In this document: one piece after another, positions 15,050 through 23,209 of the stretch | How positions within the stretch are numbered: position 1 is the first letter of the stretch | How the letters are laid out: every line of letters starts with the position of its first letter | IMG/VR virus record: IMGVR_UViG_2541047826_000010 | Strand: one strand, 5' to 3' | DNA length: 34,194 nucleotides | DNA from: a virus | Taxonomy: Duplodnaviria > Heunggongvirae > Uroviricota > Caudoviricetes | Program-made: the position numbers and the translations under genes | Notes under the pieces: generated by a model | Databases searched by the model: none | Told to the model about the DNA's origin: nothing | The model's input: only the letters and a program-made list of their open reading frames with translations

Positions 15050-16641
15050 CAAAATCATCCGGAGTGATTTTAAACGCCGCTGGCGGTGGCCCCGAAGGGA
15101 TGAGTCCCATGGACGGGAGGAATAACCTTGCTCCCGTTTTGCCTGATACCTCGGCGCTGGATGCTCCTCCCGTTCTGTTGCCTTACCAGCAGCGCTGGGT
15201 GGCAGACACCTCTCCGCTTAAGGTGATAGAAAAGAGCCGTCGTACCGGTATTACATGGGCTGAGGCATCCGATAACGTACTGACCGCCGCCTCTTCTGCG
15301 CCAGCAGGCGGGATGAATGTGTATTACATCGCTTATAACCAGGACATGACCGTCGAATACATTCAGGCGTGTGCGATGTGGGCACGGGCATTCAACTATG
15401 CGGCCAGTGAAATTGAAGAAGGATTCTGGGAAGAGGACGACGACGACAAACACATCAGGACTTACACCATCAAATTTCCTGACTCCGGCTTTCGTATTGT
15501 TGCGCTCTCCAGCCGCCCGTCTAACCTGCGTGGCCGTCAGGGTATTATTGTTATCGACGAAGCGGCGTTCCATGAGCAACTGGACGAACTGCTGAAAGCG
15601 GCGCTGGCGATGCTTATCTGGGGGGGAAAGGTACGCGTTATCTCCACCCATGACGGTGACGACAATCCGTTCAATACGCTTATCGGGGATATCCGTGCCG
15701 GACGTCAGGGAGGCAGCATACATCGCATCACTTTCCGGGAAGCCGTATCTGAGGGGCTGTTCCGGCGCGTCTGTCTGCGCACCGGGAAGGAATGGTCGGA
15801 GGCATCCGAGCAGGCCTGGATGGCATCGGTGTACAAATTCTACGGTGCCGGCGCATCCGAAGAGCTTGACTGTATTCCGGCCAACGGTGGCGGTGCCTGG
15901 CTGTCCCGTGCCCTGATAGAGTCCCGCATGTCCGCTGATACGCCGGTATTGCGTCTGACCTGCAAGGAAGGTTATGAACTGCTGTCTGATGAGGTTCGCT
16001 TCCGCGAGACGCAGGACTGGCTTGATGAGTATCTGAAACCCTTGCTGGAGGCACTCCCCACTGATGCCCGCTCTTTCCTGGGGCGCGACTTTGGCCGTAG
16101 CGGTGATTTGTCGGTGGACTATCCCCTGCTGCAGGAGAAGAACCTGGTACGACGCGTGCCATTCGTACTGGAGCTGCGTAACGTGCCGTTCAGACAGCAG
16201 GAGCAAATCACCTGGTATCTGATGGATGGCCTGCCCGGTCTGCTGGGTGCAGCGTTTGATGCCCGTGGTAATGGTGCCTATCTGGCTGAATACGCCATGC
16301 AGCGCTACGGCTCCGGCCGGGTTCAGCAGGTGATGCCAACCGAAGGCTGGTACCGGGAGCATATGCCTCCGGTCAAAGCTGCACTGGAAGACGGTAACCT
16401 GGTGGACTTACCAAAGGATGAAGACACACTGGATGACCTGCGGGCCGTTCAGGTGGTGAACGGTGTCCCCCGCGTACCGGAGCAACGCTCAAAAGCAAAG
16501 GCTGACGGTGGTAAACGCCACGGGGATTCAGCCATCGCACTGGCGCTGGCGTATTTCGCCAGCCGTGAAATTAACAAAGGGCCGGTGAAGGCAAGCTCAC
16601 GCCGTCGTCGTCAGGCGGCCCGTATGCTGGAGGGATTCTGA
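15046..16641 (+). CDS. terminase large subunit (Mu gp28-like)
   Basis: 531 aa. Walker-B-like GIIVIDEAAFHE. Size and position (between the small terminase and the portal) fit. ATGA overlap upstream. Confidence 0.85.
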   Translation: MTKSSGVILNAAGGGPEGMSPMDGRNNLAPVLPDTSALDAPPVLLPYQQRWVADTSPLKVIEKSRRTGITWAEASDNVLTAASSAPAGGMNVYYIAYNQDMTVEYIQACAMWARAFNYAASEIEEGFWEEDDDDKHIRTYTIKFPDSGFRIVALSSRPSNLRGRQGIIVIDEAAFHEQLDELLKAALAMLIWGGKVRVISTHDGDDNPFNTLIGDIRAGRQGGSIHRITFREAVSEGLFRRVCLRTGKEWSEASEQAWMASVYKFYGAGASEELDCIPANGGGAWLSRALIESRMSADTPVLRLTCKEGYELLSDEVRFRETQDWLDEYLKPLLEALPTDARSFLGRDFGRSGDLSVDYPLLQEKNLVRRVPFVLELRNVPFRQQEQITWYLMDGLPGLLGAAFDARGNGAYLAEYAMQRYGSGRVQQVMPTEGWYREHMPPVKAALEDGNLVDLPKDEDTLDDLRAVQVVNGVPRVPEQRSKAKADGGKRHGDSAIALALAYFASREINKGPVKASSRRRRQAARMLEGF

Positions 16642-18137
16642 TGGCGAGGGGTATCTGGGTTTCACCCGATGAATTTGTTGCTTTTTCTGAGCCTCAGAAA
16701 TCACTGACCGCGCAGATTGCCTCCCGCAGCCGCGCGATCGACTTTTACGGACTGGGCATGTATCTGCCCAATCCTGATCCCATTCTCAAGGCTCAGGGAC
16801 GGGATATCCGTATCTACCGCGAACTGCGCACCGACCCGCTGGTTGGGGGCTGTATCCGCAGACGTAAAGCAGCGCTCAAATCACTGGAGCGTGGACTGGA
16901 GCGCGGTCACGCTTCTGCCCGGGTCTTCCGTTTCATCCGCGACATGCTCGACGATCTGGATCTGTCCCGCATCATCGGTGAGATGAGTGATGCCGTGCTC
17001 TACGGGTATCAGCCCTGTGAAATCATGTGGGGCCGTTCGGTCAGGGCGTGGGCAGTGACGGATATTGTCGGCAAACCGCCTGAGTGGTTTCAGTTTGATA
17101 CGGACAACTGCCTGCGCTTCCGGGCGCGTGATGCGGGTGTGGAGGGTGAGCTGCTGTCACCGTCAAAATTCGTGGTGCCGGCACAGGATGCCTCGTATGA
17201 CAATCCTTACGGTTTCCCGGACCTGTCCATGTGCTTCTGGCCGGTCGCCTTCAAGAAAGGCGGGATGAAATTCTGGCTCCGCTTTGCCGAAAAGTTTGGC
17301 TCCCCGTGGGTGATCGGTAAGCACCCGAGGGGTGCAAATGATGCAGAGATTGAAAAACTGCTGGACTCCATGGAGCAGATGGTGGAGGACGCGGTGGCCA
17401 CCATCCCCGATGACAGCAGCATCGAACTCAAAGCCGCGGATGGTAAGGCGGACAGCAGCGAGGTATTCCGCGAGCTGATCACACTGTCACGCAGTGAGAT
17501 CTCCATTGCATTACTTGGTCAGAATCAGACCACGGAAGCGAACAGTAACAAGGCCTCTGCACAGGCCGGGCTGGAGGTAACGGCTGATATCCGCGATGCG
17601 GATGCGGACATCATTCAGGCAGCAGTGAATCAGGTTATCAGAACGGTGGTCACCCTGAACTTCGGCGATGTGCCGTGTCCGGTCTGGGCCATGTGGGAAC
17701 AGGAGACCATTGATGACACCCGCGCCACCCGCGACGAAAAACTCACCCGGGCGGGTCTGCGTCTGACCCCGCAATACTTTAAGCGTGAGTACCAACTGCA
17801 GGACGGCGATATTGACGAGACATCACCGTCGGAACGCCAGAATAACATGCTGCCGCTGTCATTTGCCGAGGCGATTGATGCCGATATTCAGGCTCAGCAG
17901 CAGCTTGACGACGCGCTGGACATTCTGATGAACGGAGGTGTGTTAAATGGCACGCTGGAACCCGTCCTGGCACCTCTGTTTAAGCGGGTCGAAAACGGGG
18001 TTAACCCGACTGAGCTGCTGGGCGAACTGGCGGAGCTCTACCCTCAGATGAACACGGACGATCTGCAGGAACGGCTGGCCCGTATTCTCTTTGTGGCAAA
18101 TATCCGGGGACGTCTGCATGAGCGTGACAACGGCTGA
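16641..18137 (+). CDS. portal protein (Mu gp29 / DUF935-like)
   Basis: 498 aa. Follows the terminase with a TGATG overlap. Precedes the MuF-like gene. Confidence 0.85.
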   Translation: MARGIWVSPDEFVAFSEPQKSLTAQIASRSRAIDFYGLGMYLPNPDPILKAQGRDIRIYRELRTDPLVGGCIRRRKAALKSLERGLERGHASARVFRFIRDMLDDLDLSRIIGEMSDAVLYGYQPCEIMWGRSVRAWAVTDIVGKPPEWFQFDTDNCLRFRARDAGVEGELLSPSKFVVPAQDASYDNPYGFPDLSMCFWPVAFKKGGMKFWLRFAEKFGSPWVIGKHPRGANDAEIEKLLDSMEQMVEDAVATIPDDSSIELKAADGKADSSEVFRELITLSRSEISIALLGQNQTTEANSNKASAQAGLEVTADIRDADADIIQAAVNQVIRTVVTLNFGDVPCPVWAMWEQETIDDTRATRDEKLTRAGLRLTPQYFKREYQLQDGDIDETSPSERQNNMLPLSFAEAIDADIQAQQQLDDALDILMNGGVLNGTLEPVLAPLFKRVENGVNPTELLGELAELYPQMNTDDLQERLARILFVANIRGRLHERDNG

Positions 18138-18939
18138 ACTGGCGTACTGCATGACGCTTCCCCCGAAGCGGGCAGTCAGTTACCTGAAGTCCAAAGGGTA
18201 TCAGATTACCTGGGACTGGGAAGAAATGTGGCAGGAGGCCCATGCCCGCGCCTTTACCGTTGCTAAAGTGACCCGCCTGGATATCCTGGAAGATATTCGC
18301 GGGGCACTGCAGCAGGCTGTCGATGAAGGAAAAACCGATCGCTGGTTCCGGCAGGAGCTGGAGCCGGTGCTGAAGCGTAAGGGATGGTGGGGACCACGTG
18401 ACACGACTGACCCGGTAACGGGTAAGCCGGTCACCATTCAGCAGGGCAGTCCGTGGCGGCTCGATACCATCTTTCGCACCAATATGTCCGTACTCTACAG
18501 CGCCGGTCGTTGGGCGGAACAGATGGAAAACGTCGACGACAGGCCGTACTGGATGTATACCGGCATCAACGACAGCCATACCCGCAGGAGCCATCTGGCG
18601 CTGCATGGTCTGGTGCTGCGCTGGGATGACCCGTTCTGGCAGGCATTTTACCCGCCGAACGGCTGGCGCTGCCGCTGTAGTGTGATTGCCCTGAGTGCGG
18701 CGGATGTCCGTGCCCGTGGCCTGAAGGTTATCAGCTCCGGCTCTGCCATGGGCCAGGAACTGAAACTGGTCTCAGAGAAAACCGGCGAAATGCGGAACGT
18801 GGCCACCTTTAATACCGGCACCACGAAGGTGACCACCGACGTCGGCTGGTCTTATGCACCGGGGGCAGCATACCGTCCCGACCTGGCCCGCTATCAGGGT
18901 ACGCTTCAGCCACTGGCACAACAGGAACTGAGAGGATAA
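18118..18939 (+). CDS. head morphogenesis protein, Mu F (gp30) family
   Basis: Signature ...HTRRSHLALHG...PPNGWRCRCSV. The ATG at 18118 is chosen within ORF 18091..18939. Confidence 0.9.
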   Translation: MSVTTAELAYCMTLPPKRAVSYLKSKGYQITWDWEEMWQEAHARAFTVAKVTRLDILEDIRGALQQAVDEGKTDRWFRQELEPVLKRKGWWGPRDTTDPVTGKPVTIQQGSPWRLDTIFRTNMSVLYSAGRWAEQMENVDDRPYWMYTGINDSHTRRSHLALHGLVLRWDDPFWQAFYPPNGWRCRCSVIALSAADVRARGLKVISSGSAMGQELKLVSEKTGEMRNVATFNTGTTKVTTDVGWSYAPGAAYRPDLARYQGTLQPLAQQELRG

Positions 18940-18941
18940 CA

Positions 18942-19400
18942 ATGGCTTCCGATAACCTGGTCAGTATCACCATTAACGATAAATCCCTGCGCCGGAGCCT
19001 CCGTGCGCTGGATCTTGCTGCCACAGACCTGGAGCCCGCGATGCGCAAAATCGCCGGAACCCTGCTGGCGGAAACACAGTTTAACTTTCTTGATGAGGGG
19101 CGTCCGGGGTGGATCCCCTCGCTGGCAGCGGAAGAACGTGACGGGCAGACACTGCAGGATACCGGGCGTCTGATGGGGTCAGTATCAACCGACCATGACG
19201 ACCGGCAGGCTGTTGTGGGGACCAACGTTGTTTACGGTGCCATTCACCAGTTCGGGGGTAAAACGGGGCGTAATGAGTCTGTTGAACTTCCGGCCCGCCC
19301 GTTCCTGCCGGTGACGGGGGATGGAGAACTACAGCCTGAAGTGGTAATCCCCATCCTCGATACCATTGTCCGCCATCTTGAATCAGCGGCCCGTCGCTGA
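18942..19400 (+). CDS. virion morphogenesis protein (Mu G family)
   Basis: 152 aa. NVVYGAIHQFGG...ARPFL is typical of Mu G-like proteins. Confidence 0.8.
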   Translation: MASDNLVSITINDKSLRRSLRALDLAATDLEPAMRKIAGTLLAETQFNFLDEGRPGWIPSLAAEERDGQTLQDTGRLMGSVSTDHDDRQAVVGTNVVYGAIHQFGGKTGRNESVELPARPFLPVTGDGELQPEVVIPILDTIVRHLESAARR

Positions 19401-19443
19401 GTTTTCTCTCTTCAGGCGGGTGATTTATCATTGCCAGCGAATG

Positions 19444-19487
19444 AGGGGCTGTATTACCTTTATAAAGGCTTTACAGCCTCTGTTTTA
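19444..19487 (+). terminator. compound hairpin plus T-tract after gene G
   Basis: GGCTGTA (19447-19453) pairs with TACAGCC (19472-19478). These arms enclose the perfect palindrome CCTTTATAAAGG. TCTGTTTTA follows. Confidence 0.5.
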
Positions 19488-19540
19488 TAACCGCCTCCGG
19501 TTCACCGCATTGCTTTCCCTGTCCTTCTCCCCTGATGTTT

Positions 19541-19559
19541 TCTAAAGCAGATTAAAATC
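19541..19559 (+). promoter_or_regulatory. late-promoter motif copy 2 (TCTAA-N5-ATTAAAATC), upstream of the head protease gene
   Basis: Same spacing as the other copies. -10-like TAAAAT lies at 19553-19558. It ends 55 nt before the ATG at 19615. Confidence 0.4.
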
Positions 19560-19614
19560 GCCGGGCCTGCATTTCTCACAAACTGTCTCCGACAACATAA
19601 CGCGGGACAGCAAA

Positions 19615-20730
19615 ATGTCAGCCATTCACATTTTTAAAGCCGGTACTCATACCGATATGCACGGCAAAAAACTGCCGTTCACGCCAGACGATCTTGCCGC
19701 CTGCGTGAAAGCCTATGACCCGTCCGTCCATGAAGCACCACTCGTGATTGGTCATCCCAGAACGGAAGACCCGGCGTGGGGCTGGGTGAAAGCCCTGTCG
19801 CTCAGCGGCGTCGATCTGATGGCAGAGCCTGCCCAGCTGGACCCGCAGTTTGCTGAGATGGTCACCGACGGACGATTCAAAAAAGTGTCCGCCTCTTTCT
19901 ACCTCCCGGATTCACCGTCCAATCCGAAGCCCGGCGTGCTCTACCTTCGCCATGTGGGCTTTCTCGGGGCACAGCCACCTTCCGTCAAGGGGCTGAAACA
20001 GGTGTCCTTCAGTGAGCAGGAAGAAGGTGTGGTGGAGTTCGCCGACTGGCAGGCCATCACGAATGCCTCCCTGTGGGGAAAGCTGCGCGATTTTCTGATC
20101 GCCCGCTTCAGTCTGGACGAGGCAGAAAAAGTCCTGCCGGAATGGCAGCTCAACAGTCTGCGCGAAGAGGCGTACCGCGACACACTGTCGCAGGATGCAG
20201 CAGGTGCACAATTCAGTGAGACAGGCCCGGGGCCGTCTTCCGCAAGTAACGAGGAATCATCGATGACAAAAGAAGAGATTGAAGCCCTTCAGGAGGAGAA
20301 CCGCCGCCTGAAGCAGCAGGCTGCTGATCGCGATGCGCGTGATGCACAGGTCAGACAGGAGCAACTGCATAAGGACAATGTGGCCTTTGCAGAAAAACTG
20401 GTCGCAGAGGGCCGTCTGGCTCCCCGCGCCTCCTCCGTGGTGGTTGCCCTGCTGGATGCCGTCGCCGGTGGCGACAAGCCGGTGGAGTTTGCTGAGGGGG
20501 AAAGCCGCACACCGCTGGCCACCGCCTTTCGTTCATTGCTCTCCGACGGGGAGCCGGTGATGAATTTCGCCGAACAGGCCACAAAAGAGCGTGTCGGCGA
20601 CACGGTGAAGGTGGATGTGGCAGAGTTTGCGGAAGCCGATCCTGAGCGTCTGGCCCTGCATCAGAAAGCAGTGGCCCTGTCCAAAAAAGAAGGCATCAGC
20701 TATGAGGCTGCTGTCGCACGCTGCCTGTAA
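19615..20730 (+). CDS. head protease / scaffold protein (Mu gene I-like)
   Basis: 371 aa. N-terminus IFKAGTHTDMHGKKLPFTPDDLAACVKAYDP...PLVIGHP. The C-terminal third is a charged coiled coil. Lies immediately upstream of the capsid gene. Confidence 0.75.
   Translation: MSAIHIFKAGTHTDMHGKKLPFTPDDLAACVKAYDPSVHEAPLVIGHPRTEDPAWGWVKALSLSGVDLMAEPAQLDPQFAEMVTDGRFKKVSASFYLPDSPSNPKPGVLYLRHVGFLGAQPPSVKGLKQVSFSEQEEGVVEFADWQAITNASLWGKLRDFLIARFSLDEAEKVLPEWQLNSLREEAYRDTLSQDAAGAQFSETGPGPSSASNEESSMTKEEIEALQEENRRLKQQAADRDARDAQVRQEQLHKDNVAFAEKLVAEGRLAPRASSVVVALLDAVAGGDKPVEFAEGESRTPLATAFRSLLSDGEPVMNFAEQATKERVGDTVKVDVAEFAEADPERLALHQKAVALSKKEGISYEAAVARCL
20263..20730 (+). CDS. possible nested in-frame scaffold product (Mu Z-like)
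   Basis: In-frame ATG at 20263 (codon 217), preceded by GAGGA 8 nt upstream. It begins the coiled-coil part, MTKEEIEALQEENRRLKQQ. Confidence 0.35.
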   Translation: MTKEEIEALQEENRRLKQQAADRDARDAQVRQEQLHKDNVAFAEKLVAEGRLAPRASSVVVALLDAVAGGDKPVEFAEGESRTPLATAFRSLLSDGEPVMNFAEQATKERVGDTVKVDVAEFAEADPERLALHQKAVALSKKEGISYEAAVARCL

Positions 20731-20744
20731 TTTAAGGAGAGAGC

Positions 20745-21698
20745 ATGTCTGATTACTTAAAAGGTAAACGTGTCGTTGATCCGGTACTGACCAGTATCGC
20801 CCGTGGCTATAAAAATGCCGCATTCATCGGCGAACGTATTTTCCCCGTCGTGCTGACGGACAAGGAAGGCGTGCGTGTACCGACCTTCGGGAAAACCGCC
20901 TTTGTGGAATATGACACCGAGCGTGCCGTCGGGGCGGACAGCAATGTTCTGGTCCGTGAAAAAACAGGCACGCTGGACCTGGTGCTGGGTGAACACGATC
21001 TGGCTGCGCCGGTGGACTATCGCGAGCAGGCGGAGTCCATGTTTAACGAAGAGAGCAAGGCCATCCGTCGCGCCACGAATGGCGTGAACCTGCGCCGTGA
21101 ACTTATCGCTGCCCGTCTGGCTCAGGATGAAAAGGTCTACCGTACCGGGCACGTCAAAAAACTGACAGCCAGTGATCGCTGGGCCGGTGGTAAGGGGGAC
21201 CCCATCGGGGTGATTGAAGCCGGTATGGAAGCGGTCCGTACGGCCACGGGGCTGCGTCCTAACCTGATGACCATGGGGGCCGGCGTGATGGCGCTGCTGA
21301 AGTTCCACCCGGCGATTCAGGCCGCTATCGGAGCCAACGAACGCAAGCGCATCACCACAGAAATCCTGCAGGACCTCTTTCAGATCGAAGAGATCGTCAT
21401 CGGTGCCCCGGTCTCCCTGCCGTCCATGAAAGCGGCAATGGATAAGAACAGCGTGCCGGCGGATATCTGGGGAGACAATCTGATGCTGCACTATGTCGGC
21501 AAACCGCAGCCGGGGGCGGACAGCGCGGACGAGAACGAGCCGTCCTTCGGCTACACCCTGCGTCGTAAGGGGATGCCTGTTGCCGACAAATACGACGGAG
21601 CCGGTGGCAAGGTGAAGTACTGCCGTTATACCGATATCTACAAAGTCGCCGTGGTTGGTGGCGATGCCGGGTATCTCATTACCGGTATCAGTAAATAA
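20745..21698 (+). CDS. major capsid protein
   Basis: 317 aa. Strong SD AAGGAG. Position after the protease/scaffold gene and before the decoration-like gene. I cannot assign a family by eye. Confidence 0.8.
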   Translation: MSDYLKGKRVVDPVLTSIARGYKNAAFIGERIFPVVLTDKEGVRVPTFGKTAFVEYDTERAVGADSNVLVREKTGTLDLVLGEHDLAAPVDYREQAESMFNEESKAIRRATNGVNLRRELIAARLAQDEKVYRTGHVKKLTASDRWAGGKGDPIGVIEAGMEAVRTATGLRPNLMTMGAGVMALLKFHPAIQAAIGANERKRITTEILQDLFQIEEIVIGAPVSLPSMKAAMDKNSVPADIWGDNLMLHYVGKPQPGADSADENEPSFGYTLRRKGMPVADKYDGAGGKVKYCRYTDIYKVAVVGGDAGYLITGISK

Positions 21699-21707
21699 GG
21701 AGGCGTT

Positions 21708-22046
21708 ATGGGAACCACTCAGCAGGTCATTCTGATCACAACCGTAACGGCAGGGGCAGCACTGGCACAGCAGCGTTTTGTCGGGGCAGATAATACCCCC
21801 TGTAAAGCCGGTGCCGCAGCGCTCGGGGTTGCCGAAGTGGATGCTGTTACCGGCGACAGCACGCCGGTGAGCGTTCTGGGCATTATTGCTGTCGAGGCCG
21901 GGGCCGCTGTCAGCCGTGGTGTGGCTGTTCAGTCAGATGCTCAGGCCAGAGCCGTGCCGCAGTCCGGCGACGGTAAATCCTGTGGTATTGCACTTGATGA
22001 AGCCGGGGGTGAAGGCGACGTCATTCGTATCCTGCGCGGGGTGTGA
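21708..22046 (+). CDS. DUF2190-like head decoration/cement protein
   Basis: 112 aa, Ala/Gly/Val-rich. AGAALAQQRFV...GVAE...GDVIRILRGV is typical of the DUF2190 family. SD AAGGAGG. Confidence 0.7.
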   Translation: MGTTQQVILITTVTAGAALAQQRFVGADNTPCKAGAAALGVAEVDAVTGDSTPVSVLGIIAVEAGAAVSRGVAVQSDAQARAVPQSGDGKSCGIALDEAGGEGDVIRILRGV

Positions 22047-22047
22047 C

Positions 22048-22494
22048 ATGTACTGCACCCTGGAGGATTTGCTTGCGCAGGTGCCGGAGCGGACGCTTAT
22101 CGAGCTCACCAGTGAAGAGATGGACTTCGACTCGCCTGCAACAGTGAATACCCGTGTGGTGGACAGCTGTATCCGCTATGCCGACGAGCTGATTGATGCC
22201 CATCTGCGCGGACGCTATATCCTGCCACTGGCAGAGATACCGACTGTTCTGCGGGACATTGCCATCACGCTGGTCCGTTACCGGCTCTACGCCCGCCGCC
22301 CGGAAGGTGACCTCCCGGATACGGTGAAGGATGACCACAAAGAAGCGCTGCGGCAACTCAGGGAGTTACGTGATAACAGGCTCACGCTGGGGCTGCCGTC
22401 CACTCAGAAAGATGTGCCTGAGCCTGGCGAGTTTCGTGTACGCAGTCGCCCGGCCACTTTCGGCGGTCGTGACGGTTTACTGGAGAAATACTGA
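22048..22494 (+). CDS. head-tail connector protein (Mu gp36 / DUF1320-like)
   Basis: Begins MYCTLEDLLAQVPERTLIELT... at the internal ATG 22048 of ORF 21886..22494. Confidence 0.7.
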   Translation: MYCTLEDLLAQVPERTLIELTSEEMDFDSPATVNTRVVDSCIRYADELIDAHLRGRYILPLAEIPTVLRDIAITLVRYRLYARRPEGDLPDTVKDDHKEALRQLRELRDNRLTLGLPSTQKDVPEPGEFRVRSRPATFGGRDGLLEKY

Positions 22495-22958
22495 TGAACG
22501 TTCTGCCCGTCCTTGATGCGGTACTGGCCCGGTTACGCGAGAAGCTGCCGCAACTGCAGGTGGAGTACTTCCCGGAGAAACCGGCTGAATATCGCCTGAA
22601 CCATCCGGTTGGCGCGTTGCTGTTGAGCTATGCCGGTTCGCGCTTTGACAGGCCGGATGATACCGGTGCGGTGATCCAGTCTCAGACTATCCAGCTCTGC
22701 GTCACGGTGGTCTTCCGCCAGCTCAACGGTAAAAAAGGGGCGATTAATGTCCTGGATGCTGTCCGCCGCATTCTCGGTGGCCACACCCCGCCCGGCTGCC
22801 GCCGCCGTATCTGGCTGACCCGCGAGGTGTTTATCGGTGAAGTCAGGGGGCTGTGGCAGTACGCCCTCGACTTCGCGACTGAAAGCGTCTTTATCGAAGA
22901 CAGCGATTTACCGTCCGGCCCGCTGTTAACCGAAGTGAACTATGAGGAAAGCGAGTGA
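22494..22958 (+). CDS. Mu gp37 / DUF1834-like head-tail protein
   Basis: 154 aa. ATGA-type overlap upstream. The N-terminus VLDAVLARLREKLPQLQVEYFPEKP is typical of gp37-like proteins. Confidence 0.7.
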   Translation: MNVLPVLDAVLARLREKLPQLQVEYFPEKPAEYRLNHPVGALLLSYAGSRFDRPDDTGAVIQSQTIQLCVTVVFRQLNGKKGAINVLDAVRRILGGHTPPGCRRRIWLTREVFIGEVRGLWQYALDFATESVFIEDSDLPSGPLLTEVNYEESE

Positions 22959-23209
22959 TGAAAGAATACCGCTATTCCGGCCCGGCCAGCGGCGTCACGC
23001 TGTCGGACGGAACCGAAATCCTGCTCTGGCCGGGGAAGACGGTTTCCCTGCCGGAGGAGCATGACTACGTGAAGGTACTGGTGGCGCTGAAACATCTGAC
23101 GCCGGTACCTGAAGAGACTAAACCCGCCGGCACACCGGCTGTGCAGTCACCAAAGCGCAGAAGCAGCAGTGACAGCGAAGTGAAAACGGAGGACACCCAT
23201 GGCAGCTAA
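22958..23209 (+). CDS. small late protein (Mu gp38-like position)
   Basis: 83 aa from the ATG at 22958, with a TGATG overlap and GAGGAA 8 nt upstream. A GTG at 22955 is an alternative start. Confidence 0.5.
   Translation: MKEYRYSGPASGVTLSDGTEILLWPGKTVSLPEEHDYVKVLVALKHLTPVPEETKPAGTPAVQSPKRRSSSDSEVKTEDTHGS

Noticed and set aside
15070-16362. 430-aa ORF on the minus strand, antisense to the large terminase gene. Similar long antisense ORFs lie at 2321..3322(+), 5030..5782(+), 20757..21491(-), 23118..24002(-), 24629..25204(-), 27576..28394(-) and 18001..18606(-).
   Set aside because: Each lies entirely opposite a gene with clear family signatures. They lack SD sequences and have low-complexity, Arg/Gly/Pro-rich translations. 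That is the shadow-ORF pattern expected in 55-60% GC coding DNA.
19441-19545. 34-codon ORF in the G-I spacer, checked as a possible anti-CRISPR or small-protein gene.
   Set aside because: It has no SD, and it is composed of the hairpin/terminator sequence and the promoter motif. The spacer is better explained as regulatory DNA.
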